64,000 bases of DNA, taken from NCBI GenBank assembly GCA_027364845.1, contig DAHXOO010000007.1:12385-76384 (forward strand), read 5' to 3'. The notes under the pieces are model-generated. The model was not told where the DNA came from, searched no databases, and saw only the letters and a list, made by a program, of their open reading frames with translations. A program made the translations under genes and the position numbers. Within the stretch, counting starts at the first letter, position 1; the number at the start of each line of letters is the position of its first letter. This stretch comes from Pseudomonadota bacterium. Its GTDB lineage: Bacteria > Pseudomonadota > Gammaproteobacteria > Acidiferrobacterales > UBA6901. Positions 30,026 to 40,246 of the stretch are shown one piece after another.

Positions 30026-33000
30026 GTGGCCGAACCGACGAATCAGAATAGGCAGGGAGACGAACCGCGCCGAATGAACGTCGCCGGACGCATCACGAGT
30101 TACTTCGTCGACAGCAAAGTGACTATCCTCATTTTCGTCGTTGCCGTGCTTGCCGGCATCCTGGCACTCTACGTGACCCCGCGCGAGGAGAATCCGCAGA
30201 TTGTCGTTCCGGCGGCCAACATCATCGTCACCAAGCCCGGCGCCTCCCCCAAAGAGGTCGAGCAGCTGATCATCAAGCCGTTGGAGTCGATCCTTCATGG
30301 CCTTACCGGCGTTGACCGCACCTACGGCATCGCGATGGATTCCATGGGCATTGTGACAGTCCGATTCTACGTCGGGCAGAACCGCGAAGCCTCGATGGTC
30401 AGACTTTACGACCGGATAATGAGCAATCTCGACCGCATGCCACCCGGCACCAACCTGCCGCTGGTCAAGCCCGTGAATGTGGACAACGTGCCGATAATGA
30501 CCGTTACGCTTTCGTCTGCCACCATGGACGACTACCACCTGCGGCGCGTTGCCGATGATGTGCTCGAACACCTGCGGCGAGTCAAGGGGACTTCGCTGAC
30601 GTACCTTCTCGGTGGGCGCAGCCGGCAGATCAATGTCAATTTCGATCTGGGCCGCATGCATCACTACAACGTCAGCCTGCTCGACATCCGGCGAGTGCTC
30701 GAAGCAACCAATGTCGACATTCCATCCGGCGCACTGGTTAACAATGGCACGGTGAGCACGGTCATCGCCGGTGGCATGCTGCGCAATGCCTCCGAGGTGC
30801 GCAACCTGGTCGTGTCGCTTTATGCCCATAGACCGGTTTATCTCAAGGATATTGCGACTATCACCGATGGTCCCGGCGACATCAAGTACGTGCACCGCAT
30901 CGGATATGGGCCGTCTTACACCGGCGTGCGCAGTCCGGACTTTGAGGAGCCTGCGGTCACGATCGCGATCGCCAAGCGTAAGGGTACCAATGCCGTGACG
31001 GTGGCTGCCGGCGTTTTGGCCGAACTTCACCATATACGCCCGCTGCTTATCCCTCCCGGCGTCCATGTAGATATCACTCGCGACGATGGCAGGCGTGCAG
31101 ATGAGGCGGTCAATACCCTGATTGAGCATCTGACGATTGCAATTGTGACGGTCGTGCTATTGCTCGTCGTGTTTCTCGGGTGGCGCGCCGCGAGCATCGT
31201 CACCATCACTATTCCCTTGATCTTGTTCATCACGCTGGCGGTCGGCATGGCTGTCGGACAGAGCATCAACCGCATCACGCTGTTTGCCCTGATTCTGTCA
31301 CTCGGCCTGATGGTGGACGACTCGATCGTGGTCATCGAGAACATATTCCGACACTATAGTAAGAAGGGCGCCGACCGCCTCACCGGAGCGGTGAGCGCCG
31401 TCAACGAGATAGGGCGCCCCACCAATCTGGCGACGTTCACGGTGATACTCGCCTTTCTGCCGATGTTTTGGGTCCAAGGAATGATGGGACCATACATGGC
31501 GCCCATTCCGTTCAATGTTCCCGTTGCTATGATCACGTCGCTGGCCATCGCCTACTCGGTGGCGCCATGGGCAGCATACCGCTGGCTGCGCCTCAGACCC
31601 CTGCAGCACGTCGAGGAGCACGTGCCGGGATGGTTGGAACGCGGCTACGCGACAGTGATGGGCAGGCTGCTTGCCAGCCGCCGGCTGCGCCTCGGGTTTT
31701 TTTTGGGCATCACGCTTCTCATGGCGCTGGTGCTGGCCATGCCGGCGTTCAAACTGGTGCTGTTCAAGATGCTCCCCAATAACAACACCGACACATTCAA
31801 TATAACGGTCGACATGCCGGCCGGGACAGCGTTGGAACCGACCGATCGTGTGGTGCGGAGAATCGGTGACATTCTGCGCACGGTACCTGACGTCACAAAC
31901 TACGAATCGACGGTGGGAAGGCCTGGAGTCATTGACTTCAACGGCCTGCTGCGTGGCTCGAGCGTCAAGAAAGGCCCGCAGTATGCCGAGGTGCGCGTCA
32001 ACCTGAAGGACAAGCGTGCGCGCAGCGAAACCTCGGTTGAAATCGTTCATTCGTTGCGGCCGGCAATCTCCAGGCTGGAAGCGAGGACCGGAGCCAACAT
32101 CAAGCTGGTTGAGGAGCCGCCGGGACCGCCGGTGCGCGCCACGATATTGGCGGAAATCTATGGGCCCAGTTACCGCAAACTAAGGCAGATCGCTAAGGAA
32201 GTGCGCTATGACGTGTTTGCCAAGACCAAGGATGTGGTCGATATCGATGACAGCAACACCGCGGATACAATGCAGTACCGCATCGTGGTCGATCACAGGA
32301 AGGCGGCGCTCGCAGGCATTCTACCCGTGGAGGTCGCGCAAACGCTGCAGGCGTTTCTTGGTGGTTACAACGCCGGCGCGGTGCATATCGCCAAGGAAAA
32401 GGAGCCGGTCCTTATTCATTTCCAGATCCCGGTCCCGGACCGGGTCTTGCCGTCCGATCTTCGCAACATCTTTTTTACCAACCCGGCAGGCAATGAGATT
32501 TCGTTGGGTAATATCGCGCAGATCCGGCCAGTACAGGCGCCCAAGCCGATCCTTTTCCAGGATCAGCGCCCAGTCGTGTATGTGACGGGAGAGATGGGGA
32601 CCGGCAGTCCGGTGTATGCGGTTTTGCACATGTGGCAGTATCTGCGCACCCACCGTCTTGCGGACGGAGTGAAACTTAAGCAGGACTTCATGTCCTATCC
32701 AGCGACGACCAGCTACGGTCTTCGCTGGGGCGGAGAGATGCGCCTTACGCTGGACGTGTTTCGCGATCTGGGCGGGGCATTTGCGGTGGCGATCATTCTG
32801 ATCTACGTCATTCTCGTCGCCTACTATCGCTCGTTTGCGACGCCGCTCATCGTGATGGGCGCGATACCGCTGACGATCATTGGCGTGTTTCCGGGACATG
32901 CGATCATGGATCTGATTGAAGGGCACTATTACTTCACCGCCACGTCCATGATCGGGGTAATCGCACTTGCCGGCATTGTCGTGCGCAATTCGCTGCTGCT

Positions 33001-33277
33001 TATCGATTTCATCCTGGACTTCCGCCGTGCCGGGCACGGTCTGCGCGAAGCTGTGCTTCAGGCCGGCATCACTCGGATGCGGCCGATTTTGCTGACTGCG
33101 CTCGCGATCATCCTGGGTACGGCAGCCATGGTGACAGACCCGGTCTTCGGAGGTCTGGCCGTCTCGCTCATTTCAGGCACCTTTGCCTCGACCGTGTTGA
33201 CGCTGTTCGTCATTCCCCTCGTGTACTATATGTACGAGCGGCGGCAGGAAGCCAAGACCGCGTCCGGCAACGCATAA
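30026..33277 (+). CDS. RND efflux transporter permease (AcrB/AcrD/AcrF superfamily)
   Basis: 1083 aa with 12-TM RND architecture and two large periplasmic loops. GTG start after a GAAGGGGG RBS; the Met at 30074 is an alternative start. Confidence 0.9.
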   Translation: MAEPTNQNRQGDEPRRMNVAGRITSYFVDSKVTILIFVVAVLAGILALYVTPREENPQIVVPAANIIVTKPGASPKEVEQLIIKPLESILHGLTGVDRTYGIAMDSMGIVTVRFYVGQNREASMVRLYDRIMSNLDRMPPGTNLPLVKPVNVDNVPIMTVTLSSATMDDYHLRRVADDVLEHLRRVKGTSLTYLLGGRSRQINVNFDLGRMHHYNVSLLDIRRVLEATNVDIPSGALVNNGTVSTVIAGGMLRNASEVRNLVVSLYAHRPVYLKDIATITDGPGDIKYVHRIGYGPSYTGVRSPDFEEPAVTIAIAKRKGTNAVTVAAGVLAELHHIRPLLIPPGVHVDITRDDGRRADEAVNTLIEHLTIAIVTVVLLLVVFLGWRAASIVTITIPLILFITLAVGMAVGQSINRITLFALILSLGLMVDDSIVVIENIFRHYSKKGADRLTGAVSAVNEIGRPTNLATFTVILAFLPMFWVQGMMGPYMAPIPFNVPVAMITSLAIAYSVAPWAAYRWLRLRPLQHVEEHVPGWLERGYATVMGRLLASRRLRLGFFLGITLLMALVLAMPAFKLVLFKMLPNNNTDTFNITVDMPAGTALEPTDRVVRRIGDILRTVPDVTNYESTVGRPGVIDFNGLLRGSSVKKGPQYAEVRVNLKDKRARSETSVEIVHSLRPAISRLEARTGANIKLVEEPPGPPVRATILAEIYGPSYRKLRQIAKEVRYDVFAKTKDVVDIDDSNTADTMQYRIVVDHRKAALAGILPVEVAQTLQAFLGGYNAGAVHIAKEKEPVLIHFQIPVPDRVLPSDLRNIFFTNPAGNEISLGNIAQIRPVQAPKPILFQDQRPVVYVTGEMGTGSPVYAVLHMWQYLRTHRLADGVKLKQDFMSYPATTSYGLRWGGEMRLTLDVFRDLGGAFAVAIILIYVILVAYYRSFATPLIVMGAIPLTIIGVFPGHAIMDLIEGHYYFTATSMIGVIALAGIVVRNSLLLIDFILDFRRAGHGLREAVLQAGITRMRPILLTALAIILGTAAMVTDPVFGGLAVSLISGTFASTVLTLFVIPLVYYMYERRQEAKTASGNA

Positions 33278-33686
33278 TCGGTCCACCCGCACCCCGGGGC
33301 AAACCGAGAACCCTGCGGTGGCACCCGGCGTGGCTGGCCCGGGGACATGGCACCGCAACGGCCGGTAATGTCAGCGGCTCTGTGACTCGCTTAGAATCGG
33401 GTGGCTGGCTGTAGCAGGCTTGCTCACCAAGTCAGCATAAGAGCGAGGCTCGGATGTCCAGGGAAGGCTGGCATTATACAAGCGGAGGGAGCCGTGCAAC
33501 GCTGCCGCGATACCCTCAACAGACGCTCGCGGCTGCTCGAAGCTCCGGCGATCGGACCCTCCACCACCGCGCTGGCAGCACCTGACCCACCGACGCTTAA
33601 GTTTTGCATGGGGTTGGCGCTTCGCGTCCAGAACCATTAATTCCCTGGTTCGACTGAACTTTTCCGCCACCCATCACGCCAAAGTC

Positions 33687-33723
33687 GCATCCGCCGGCGG
33701 ATGCTACCGGGCTGTTCGAACAG
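33687..33723. repeat. Two adjacent perfect palindromes in a convergent intergenic spacer
   Basis: GCATCCGCCGGCGGATGC (33687-33704, 18 nt) and CTGTTCGAACAG (33712-33723, 12 nt), read directly. The 11-mer TTTTCCGCCAC also occurs twice, at 33660-33670 and 33790-33800. Confidence 0.9.
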
Positions 33724-33866
33724 GCCTCTGTGGTATCCGGACGCGTTTAAACAGACCTTGTTCGACCTGCCTGAGGAATATCGGAAACATTTTCCGCCAC
33801 TGTTGTGCTCACGCAAGTCGACGCATACCCAAAATATGCCTACGGGGCTTTGAACGGCACCTGCGG

Positions 33867-36092
33867 TCAGTGCATGTCGATGGGATCGACGTCCAATGCC
33901 CAGCGCGCTTTGCGTGCAAACGGCGTTCCTGTGATCTGGGCAAGCCACTGGACGAGAAAACGGTGCAGAGCAGGTCGCTGTGTAGCGTGGATGAGCAACT
34001 GTGCCCGATAGCGTCCTGAGCGGCGTTCCATGGGAGAAGGCACAGGATCCATGACCGTCACCCCAGGCACGGGCTCCAGTGCGTCGGCAATTGCGCGTGC
34101 CCGCTCCAGAAACGCCAGCGCATTGCCACGTTCGGATGTCTCCGCCCGCAGCAGCGCCAGGTGGCAGTAAGGCGGAAACTGGGCTTCCCGGCGTTCCTGC
34201 AGCGCGTAATCCGCGAAACCGGAATAGTCGTGTTGGCGCAGCGCGAGAAAAAGGGGATGTTCAGGATGGAAGGTCTGTATCAGCACTTCGCCCGGCTTGT
34301 CGGCGCGGCCTGCACGGCCGGCGACTTGCATGATGCGCTGGAATAGCTGCTCGCCCGAGCGGAAATCGTACCCGTACAGGCCTTGATCTGCATTGAGCAC
34401 ACCAACCAAAGTAAGATTTGGAAAATCGTGCCCTTTGGCCAGCATCTGGGTTCCGACCAGAATATCCGCGGCACCGGTGCGCACACGTCCGAGCTTTTCT
34501 TCCAATGCACCCTTTCGACGAGTACTGTCGCGATCGATTCGTTCGATGCTGGCCTCGGGGAACAGGCGGGCGAGGGCAGCTTCCACGCGTTCGGTACCTT
34601 CGCCGAGACCGCGCAGATTCTCCCCCTGACAATCCGGACATGCAGATGGCACGTCCGTGTCACTGCCGCAATGGTGGCAGCGGAGCCGGCCGGCTGCTTT
34701 GTGCAAGGTCAGGCGGGCATCGCAGCGCGGGCACGGCGCAAACCAACCGCAGTCATGACACATCAGCACCGGCGCGAACCCACGGCGGTTGATGAACAGG
34801 AGGCTCTGCTCCCTGCGCGCAAGTCGGTTGTGCACGGCCTCGATCAGCGGAGGAGCGAGGCCATCCCGGCGCGCAAGCCTGCGCAGGTCAAGAAGACGGA
34901 CCGGCGGCAGCTGTGCCCGACCGACGCGTTCAGGCAGCTGCAGGAGCGCGTAGCGCGCCTGACGTGCGTTTTGCAGGCTCTCGAGCGAGGGCGTGGCGGA
35001 ACCAAGCACCACCGGTACCCCTTCGCGCTGGCCGCGGCGGATGGCAATATCTCGCGCCGAATACCGGAAGCCGTCCTGCTGCTTGTAAGATCCGTCATGT
35101 TCTTCATCGACGACAATCAGACGCAGTGCCTTCATCGGAACAAACACCGCAGAGCGGGTGCCAAGCACGATGCGCGCCGACCCGTCACGGGCCTTAAGCC
35201 AAGCGCACAGGCGTTCCGAATCATTGAGGCCAGAGTGAATCACGGCAATGCCGACGGAAAAGCGCTGGCGAAAACTATCCACCAGCTGCGGGGTCAATCC
35301 AATCTCTGGCACGAGCACCAGCACTTGCGCCATGGTTTCTAGGACCCGAGCTATGACGCGAAGATAGACTTCGGTCTTGCCGCTTCCGGTCACCCCGTGC
35401 AACAGGTAGCAATGGAATCCCGGTGCTCCCCCCGTTATCGCGGCAATCGCCGCCGTCTGCGCCTCGCTGGCCTCAGGCGCATCCGCCACCCGCAACAGCG
35501 GCTGCGACAGGCAGTTGCGCGGGACTGTGGCCACCCACCCGCGCGCCACCAGTGACCGGACCGCCGAGCGCCAGCGTGCCGACAGGGGTGCCAGGGAGGC
35601 TTCGTCGGCGGCCGCCGCGTGCCCAGCCAGAGCGCGGAGAACAACAGCAGGTGCGCGCCGCAGCGTAGGGGCGGTACCAAGACGGGCACGCCCCGAGTCG
35701 GTAATGACCCAGCCATCGTTGTCGCTGACAATAGCGGGCCGGCCCTGCATCAGGGCCTGTGGAAGGGCGGAACAGATCACCTCACCGACGGGGTGGTGAT
35801 AATATTCAGAAGCCCACTGCAGCAGGCTCAGAAGGTCTGGGGGCAGCAAAGGTTCCGGATCGAGCACATCCTGCACTGTTTTCAAGCGTGCCGCCGGCAG
35901 CGAGCTATGTTCAACGATGCCGATTACGACGCCGACGACGGAACGCCGGCCGAAGGGTACCCGGACGCGTGCACCAGGGCAGGGCAAGGGACCAGATTTC
36001 GGTGGCAGGTAGTCGAAAGTGCGAGGCAGAGGGGAGGGAACGGCGACTTGAACGATGCGCTGTGCCGAAGACATGGATGCACTGTACCACAC
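33867..36092 (-). CDS. priA: Primosomal protein N' (replication restart helicase PriA)
   Basis: VQVAVPSPLPRTFDYLPP N-terminus, HGVTGSGKTEVY Walker A, a Cys-rich zinc region (CHDCGWFAPCPRCDARLTLH...CHHCG) and a DEEHD box. GTG at 36092 or ATG at 36074 as start. Confidence 0.92.
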   Translation of the reverse strand: MWYSASMSSAQRIVQVAVPSPLPRTFDYLPPKSGPLPCPGARVRVPFGRRSVVGVVIGIVEHSSLPAARLKTVQDVLDPEPLLPPDLLSLLQWASEYYHHPVGEVICSALPQALMQGRPAIVSDNDGWVITDSGRARLGTAPTLRRAPAVVLRALAGHAAAADEASLAPLSARWRSAVRSLVARGWVATVPRNCLSQPLLRVADAPEASEAQTAAIAAITGGAPGFHCYLLHGVTGSGKTEVYLRVIARVLETMAQVLVLVPEIGLTPQLVDSFRQRFSVGIAVIHSGLNDSERLCAWLKARDGSARIVLGTRSAVFVPMKALRLIVVDEEHDGSYKQQDGFRYSARDIAIRRGQREGVPVVLGSATPSLESLQNARQARYALLQLPERVGRAQLPPVRLLDLRRLARRDGLAPPLIEAVHNRLARREQSLLFINRRGFAPVLMCHDCGWFAPCPRCDARLTLHKAAGRLRCHHCGSDTDVPSACPDCQGENLRGLGEGTERVEAALARLFPEASIERIDRDSTRRKGALEEKLGRVRTGAADILVGTQMLAKGHDFPNLTLVGVLNADQGLYGYDFRSGEQLFQRIMQVAGRAGRADKPGEVLIQTFHPEHPLFLALRQHDYSGFADYALQERREAQFPPYCHLALLRAETSERGNALAFLERARAIADALEPVPGVTVMDPVPSPMERRSGRYRAQLLIHATQRPALHRFLVQWLAQITGTPFARKARWALDVDPIDMH

Positions 36093-36165
36093 CCGCGATG
36101 ACCTCTCCGTGAAACATATTTCGATCCACGGAAACTGATGACATTTAAAACCGCTGCTAACTGAT

Positions 36166-36399
36166 TGTGGCTAAACGGCTCTAGGTTTTTGCACGATGCC
36201 TGTGGATAACCCTGTTGATGATCGATCACCAGCTGCCCAGATGGACAAGGGGATCTTGGCACCGGATGCTCAACTGATCAAAAATTAGGCAAAAAAAATA
36301 CATTAATGAACAATGTGTTAACGACAAATTGCCGAGAAAATCAGGGTGGCTTCGTCAAGGTTTATTTCAGCCGGAGAGGTAGTGCCATTATGTGAATAA
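36166..36399 (+). promoter_or_regulatory. Candidate DnaA-box cluster upstream of priA
   Basis: TGTGGATAA (36201-36209) is a perfect match to the reverse complement of TTATCCACA. TGTGGCTAA (36166-36174) and TGTGAATAA (36391-36399) each have one mismatch. All three are in the same orientation and are flanked by five GATC sites and an AT-rich tract. Confidence 0.35.
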
Positions 36400-36695
36400 T
36401 TACTTGACGCATCGGGAATTTTTGGAAACGCGGCGTAAAGAATCGACCACCGGCAGCAAGCTGGCTGCTACCTCAAACTCGCCGGAAGGTCGAGCCGACG
36501 CGCCGAAGAAATCCCAATACGCCGGAAACAGACTGGTGATCCGAACCGATGTCTTCGGCCCTGGCACCGTCCGGATCCAGTCTCCCGAGAACCCTGTCCG
36601 CACACAGATTCTACACCGGGGTTCCCTGGTTATACTGTCGAATTTGCAGGCCCGGAAGGTACGGCAGCATTGTGCTGGCAATGTACAGTCATAGA

Positions 36696-37583
36696 ATGAC
36701 ACTCATTTCAGCGATCGCCGAGGAAATATCACGAGCCAGCGGGAAGCATTTCCTGCCGTTAACCAGTTTCGCAGTCGGCGGCGGCTGTATCAACAAGACC
36801 GCAATTCTTGAAGGCCGAGGCGAACGCTATTTTCTGAAGCTGAACCATGCCAGCTGCTTGAGCATGTTTGAATCGGAAGCAGCGGGACTGCGTGAACTCG
36901 AACGACCTCAAGCGATCCGCGTGCCAGAACCCATATGTTGGGGTATGGCGGAAGGGCATTCTTTCCTGGTATTGGAGTACCTGGAGCTTGGTACGGCAAA
37001 CGCACGTACCGCCGAGGAACTGGGGCAAGGCCTTGCGCGGTTGCATCAGATCCATGGCAACCACTTCGGCTGGAATCGCGACAATACGATCGGAACCACA
37101 CCCCAGATCAATACGCCGTCAGCGGATTGGGCTGAATTTTGGGGCCAACGGCGTCTGGGCTACCAGCTGGAACTTGCGGCCCACAATGGATATGGCGGCG
37201 CACTGCAACACAATGGTGAACGCCTGCTCGCCGCCCTGCCGGCGCTGTTGGATGGCCATCGCCCGGCACCTTCGCTGCTGCATGGCGACTTGTGGGGAGG
37301 GAACTACGGCGCCGATCCGAACGGCAAGCCAGTGATCTTCGATCCCGCAGTGTATTTCGGGGATCGTGAAGCGGATCTGGCGATGACTGAATTGTTTGGC
37401 GGGTTCCCTCCGCGATTTTACGCAGCCTATCGGGAGACGCTGCCACTCGACGGCGGCTACCGGATACGCAAAAACCTCTACAATCTTTACCACGTGCTCA
37501 ACCACCTGAATCTGTTCGGCGGCGGTTATTTGGCACAGGCCGAACGCATGCTCGCGTCACTCCTCAGTAGTGTGATCTGCTGA
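36696..37583 (+). CDS. Fructosamine/ketosamine-3-kinase family protein
   Basis: From the internal Met: MTLISAIAEEISRASG...GGGCINKT...YFLKLN...LLHGDLWGGN...DPAVYFGDREADLAM. Confidence 0.85.
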   Translation: MTLISAIAEEISRASGKHFLPLTSFAVGGGCINKTAILEGRGERYFLKLNHASCLSMFESEAAGLRELERPQAIRVPEPICWGMAEGHSFLVLEYLELGTANARTAEELGQGLARLHQIHGNHFGWNRDNTIGTTPQINTPSADWAEFWGQRRLGYQLELAAHNGYGGALQHNGERLLAALPALLDGHRPAPSLLHGDLWGGNYGADPNGKPVIFDPAVYFGDREADLAMTELFGGFPPRFYAAYRETLPLDGGYRIRKNLYNLYHVLNHLNLFGGGYLAQAERMLASLLSSVIC

Positions 37584-37647
37584 GCCAAAACCGACGAAAC
37601 GGACGGTCATGCGCCGGTAAAGCCCGGAGCAGGTCCAAGGGCGAATA

Positions 37648-38775
37648 TCAGCCGGACTGGATGGGGGCCGCTGCACCGGCGGGTGAATGGAATTTCGCAC
37701 TCAGCTCGTGCACCGCATCGACCATGATGCCAAGACGGTCAGGGTCGGTCTGCTGGTGCACCCCATGGCCCAGGTTGAACACATGCCCCGGCCCAGGACC
37801 ATAGCTGTCGAGGATGATCTGCACTTCCTGACGTATCCGGCCCGGCGACGCATAAAGGATCGACGGGTCCATGTTTCCCTGCAGAGCGACACGCCCGGCG
37901 ACACGTTTGCGCGCTTCCGCCATATCCGTAGTCCAGTCCACGCCCACAGCATCGCAGCCACTGGCAGCTAGGTCTTCGAGCCAAGATCCACCGGCCTTGG
38001 TGAACAGAATAACCGGAACACGCCGACCATCGGACTCGCGCTTCAGTCCTGCGACAACCTGACGCATGTACCTCAAGGAAAATTCGCGGTAATCACGCGG
38101 TGTCAGTACACCGCCCCAGGTATCGAAGACCATGACAGCCTGAGCACCGGCGTCAATCTGAGCATTGAGATACATGGTGACGGCCCGTGCATTGATATCC
38201 AGAAGCCGGTGCATGGTGACCGCATCCTGGAACATCATGCCTTTGACGCGCGCATATTCCTTGCTCGATCCGCCTTCGACCATGTAGGTCGCGAGCGTCC
38301 AAGGGGAGCCGGCGAAGCCGATAAGCGGAGCGCTTCCGGCAAGCTCGCGGCGGACCAGCCGCACTGCATCGAGCACGTAGCGCAGACGATCTTCCGGATC
38401 CGGCACAGCGAGCCGTCCCACATCGGCGGCCGTGCGCAGCGGACGCTCGAACTGCGGACCTTCGCCGTCATTCATCCGCAGACCGAGGCCCATGGCGTCC
38501 GGAACGGTGAGAATGTCCGAGAACAATATGGCAGCATCGAGCCGGAATCGTCGCAGCGGCTGCAGGGTGACTTCGCAAGCAAGCTCCGGGGTCATGCAAA
38601 GCTGCATGAACGAACCAGCGCGCTCGCGCACCTTGCGGTATTCGGGGAGGTATCGACCCGCCTGGCGCATCGCCCAGACCGGGGTCGCGTCGACCGGCTG
38701 ACGCAGCAGTGCGCGCAGCAGGCGGTTGTTCTCAGGCGGGACGCGGCTGTCAGTTGACGCTGCGTGAATATTCAT
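37648..38775 (-). CDS. hemE: Uroporphyrinogen decarboxylase
   Basis: From the internal Met: [32 protein letters not shown] is the canonical HemE N-terminal motif. Confidence 0.92.
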   Translation of the reverse strand: MNIHAASTDSRVPPENNRLLRALLRQPVDATPVWAMRQAGRYLPEYRKVRERAGSFMQLCMTPELACEVTLQPLRRFRLDAAILFSDILTVPDAMGLGLRMNDGEGPQFERPLRTAADVGRLAVPDPEDRLRYVLDAVRLVRRELAGSAPLIGFAGSPWTLATYMVEGGSSKEYARVKGMMFQDAVTMHRLLDINARAVTMYLNAQIDAGAQAVMVFDTWGGVLTPRDYREFSLRYMRQVVAGLKRESDGRRVPVILFTKAGGSWLEDLAASGCDAVGVDWTTDMAEARKRVAGRVALQGNMDPSILYASPGRIRQEVQIILDSYGPGPGHVFNLGHGVHQQTDPDRLGIMVDAVHELSAKFHSPAGAAAPIQSG

Positions 38776-38803
38776 CGCACATGGCCATTGCGGGCGTGAC
38801 CGG

Positions 38804-40246
38804 TCAGCGCGGAAGATCCGAGCTGCCCATAAGAAATTCATCGACCGCGCGTGCAGCCTGACGTCCCTCGCGTATCGCCCATACAACCAGCGACTGCCCG
38901 CGACGCATGTCGCCCGCAGCAAATACTTTGGCCGCCGAGGCCCGGTAGCTGGTGTCGTCGGCGGCGACGTTGCCGCGTCCATCCAGCCTCAGACCGAGAT
39001 CCTTGAGCATGCCATCATGCACGGGATGGAGGTAGCCCAAGGCCAGCAGTACCAGCTCCGCCTGGAGCTCGAATTCGCTCCCTGGCACCTCATGCATGGT
39101 CGGCGCCCCCCGGCCGTCTTTGCGCCAGTCCAACCGGATAGCACGCAACGTACTGACACGGCCGTTGTAGCCAGTGAACTCCTTGGTGCCGACACCCCAA
39201 TCGCGCGTCGCACCCTCCTGTTGGGACGTCGAGGTACGCAGCTTTGCCGGCCAGTCGGGCCATGTAGCCAGCCGGTCCACCCCATCCGGCGGTCGCGGCA
39301 GCAGTTCGATCTGCGTCACGGACAGCGCGCCCTGCCGAATCGACGTACCGACGCAGTCGGAGCCGGTATCACCGCCGCCAATGACTACCACGTGCTTGCC
39401 GGTGGCAGTGATCGCGGCCTGTTCCGGTATATGGCTGCCCGCGATGCGCCTGTTCTGCTGAGGCAGGAACTCCATCGCGAAGTGTACGCCCTTCAATTCT
39501 CGGCCCGGCACCTGCAGGTCACGTGGGTGCTCGGAACCACCGGTAAGCACCACCGCATCGTAGTCGTCGAGCAGCATCCTGGCGGGTATGTTCATGCCGA
39601 CGTGTTGATTCAGACGAAACTCTACACCCTCGGCGACCATCTGTCCGATACGCCGCTCGATATGGCTTTTCTCCAGCTTGAAATCAGGGATGCCATAGCG
39701 CAGCAAACCGCCGGGACGGTCGCTTTTTTCAAATATCGTCACTGCGTGGCCGGATCGGGCCAGCTGCTGAGCACAGGCTAGGCCCGCAGGCCCGGAACCC
39801 ACGACCGCCACTTGCCTGCCACTCCTGCGCTGGGGCGGCTGCGGCTGAATCCAGCCCTCCTCCCATCCCTTATCGACGATCGCGTGCTCAATATTCTTGA
39901 TAGTGACCGGATCGTTGTTGATGTTCAAAGTGCAGGCTTCCTCGCACGGAGCCGGACAGACCCTGCCGGTGAATTCGGGGAAATTGTTGGTTGAGTGCAA
40001 CACTGCGAGCGCCTCCTTCCAGCGCCCGCGATAGACCAAGTCGTTCCAATCCGGAATGATGTTGTTGATCGGACAGCCCGTCTGGCAAAACGGAATGCCG
40101 CAATCCATGCAGCGCGCGCCTTGCCTGGAAACCTCCTGCTCTTCCAAAGGCAGCGTGAATTCCTTGTAGAACCGGATGCGCTCCTTGACTGGGAGATTCG
40201 CAGGATCTTGCCGGTTGATTTCCAGAAATCCGGTCGGCTTACCCAT
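38804..40246 (-). CDS. gltD: Glutamate synthase small subunit
   Basis: MGKPTGFLE..., a Cys cluster ([16 protein letters not shown]) and [12 protein letters not shown]. Overlaps the gltB stop by 8 nt. Confidence 0.93.
   Translation of the reverse strand: MGKPTGFLEINRQDPANLPVKERIRFYKEFTLPLEEQEVSRQGARCMDCGIPFCQTGCPINNIIPDWNDLVYRGRWKEALAVLHSTNNFPEFTGRVCPAPCEEACTLNINNDPVTIKNIEHAIVDKGWEEGWIQPQPPQRRSGRQVAVVGSGPAGLACAQQLARSGHAVTIFEKSDRPGGLLRYGIPDFKLEKSHIERRIGQMVAEGVEFRLNQHVGMNIPARMLLDDYDAVVLTGGSEHPRDLQVPGRELKGVHFAMEFLPQQNRRIAGSHIPEQAAITATGKHVVVIGGGDTGSDCVGTSIRQGALSVTQIELLPRPPDGVDRLATWPDWPAKLRTSTSQQEGATRDWGVGTKEFTGYNGRVSTLRAIRLDWRKDGRGAPTMHEVPGSEFELQAELVLLALGYLHPVHDGMLKDLGLRLDGRGNVAADDTSYRASAAKVFAAGDMRRGQSLVVWAIREGRQAARAVDEFLMGSSDLPR

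Noticed and set aside
30008-31129. 373-aa minus-strand ORF inside the RND pump gene
   Set aside because: It is antisense to a well-supported RND coding frame. Such long antisense ORFs are expected in GC-rich DNA, where stop codons are rare.
33712-33723. CTGTTCGAACAG as a possible LexA SOS box
   Set aside because: The gammaproteobacterial LexA consensus is CTGT-N8-ACAG (16 nt), and this palindrome has only 4 nt between the CTGT and ACAG arms. It also lies downstream of both flanking genes. It is kept only as an unexplained palindrome.
36120-36400. Chromosomal replication origin (oriC)
   Set aside because: There are only three recognisable DnaA boxes. The flanking genes are not typical origin neighbours (no dnaA, gidA, mioC or rpmH). 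About 16 kb of genes to the right (hemE to pilM) are on the minus strand, which would be head-on to a rightward fork. It is reported instead as a possible DnaA regulatory or titration site.
36392-36694. 100-aa GTG-initiated ORF upstream of the fructosamine kinase gene
   Set aside because: No recognisable domain, no clear RBS, and hydrophilic low-complexity composition. It ends exactly where the kinase gene starts, consistent with a chance open frame.
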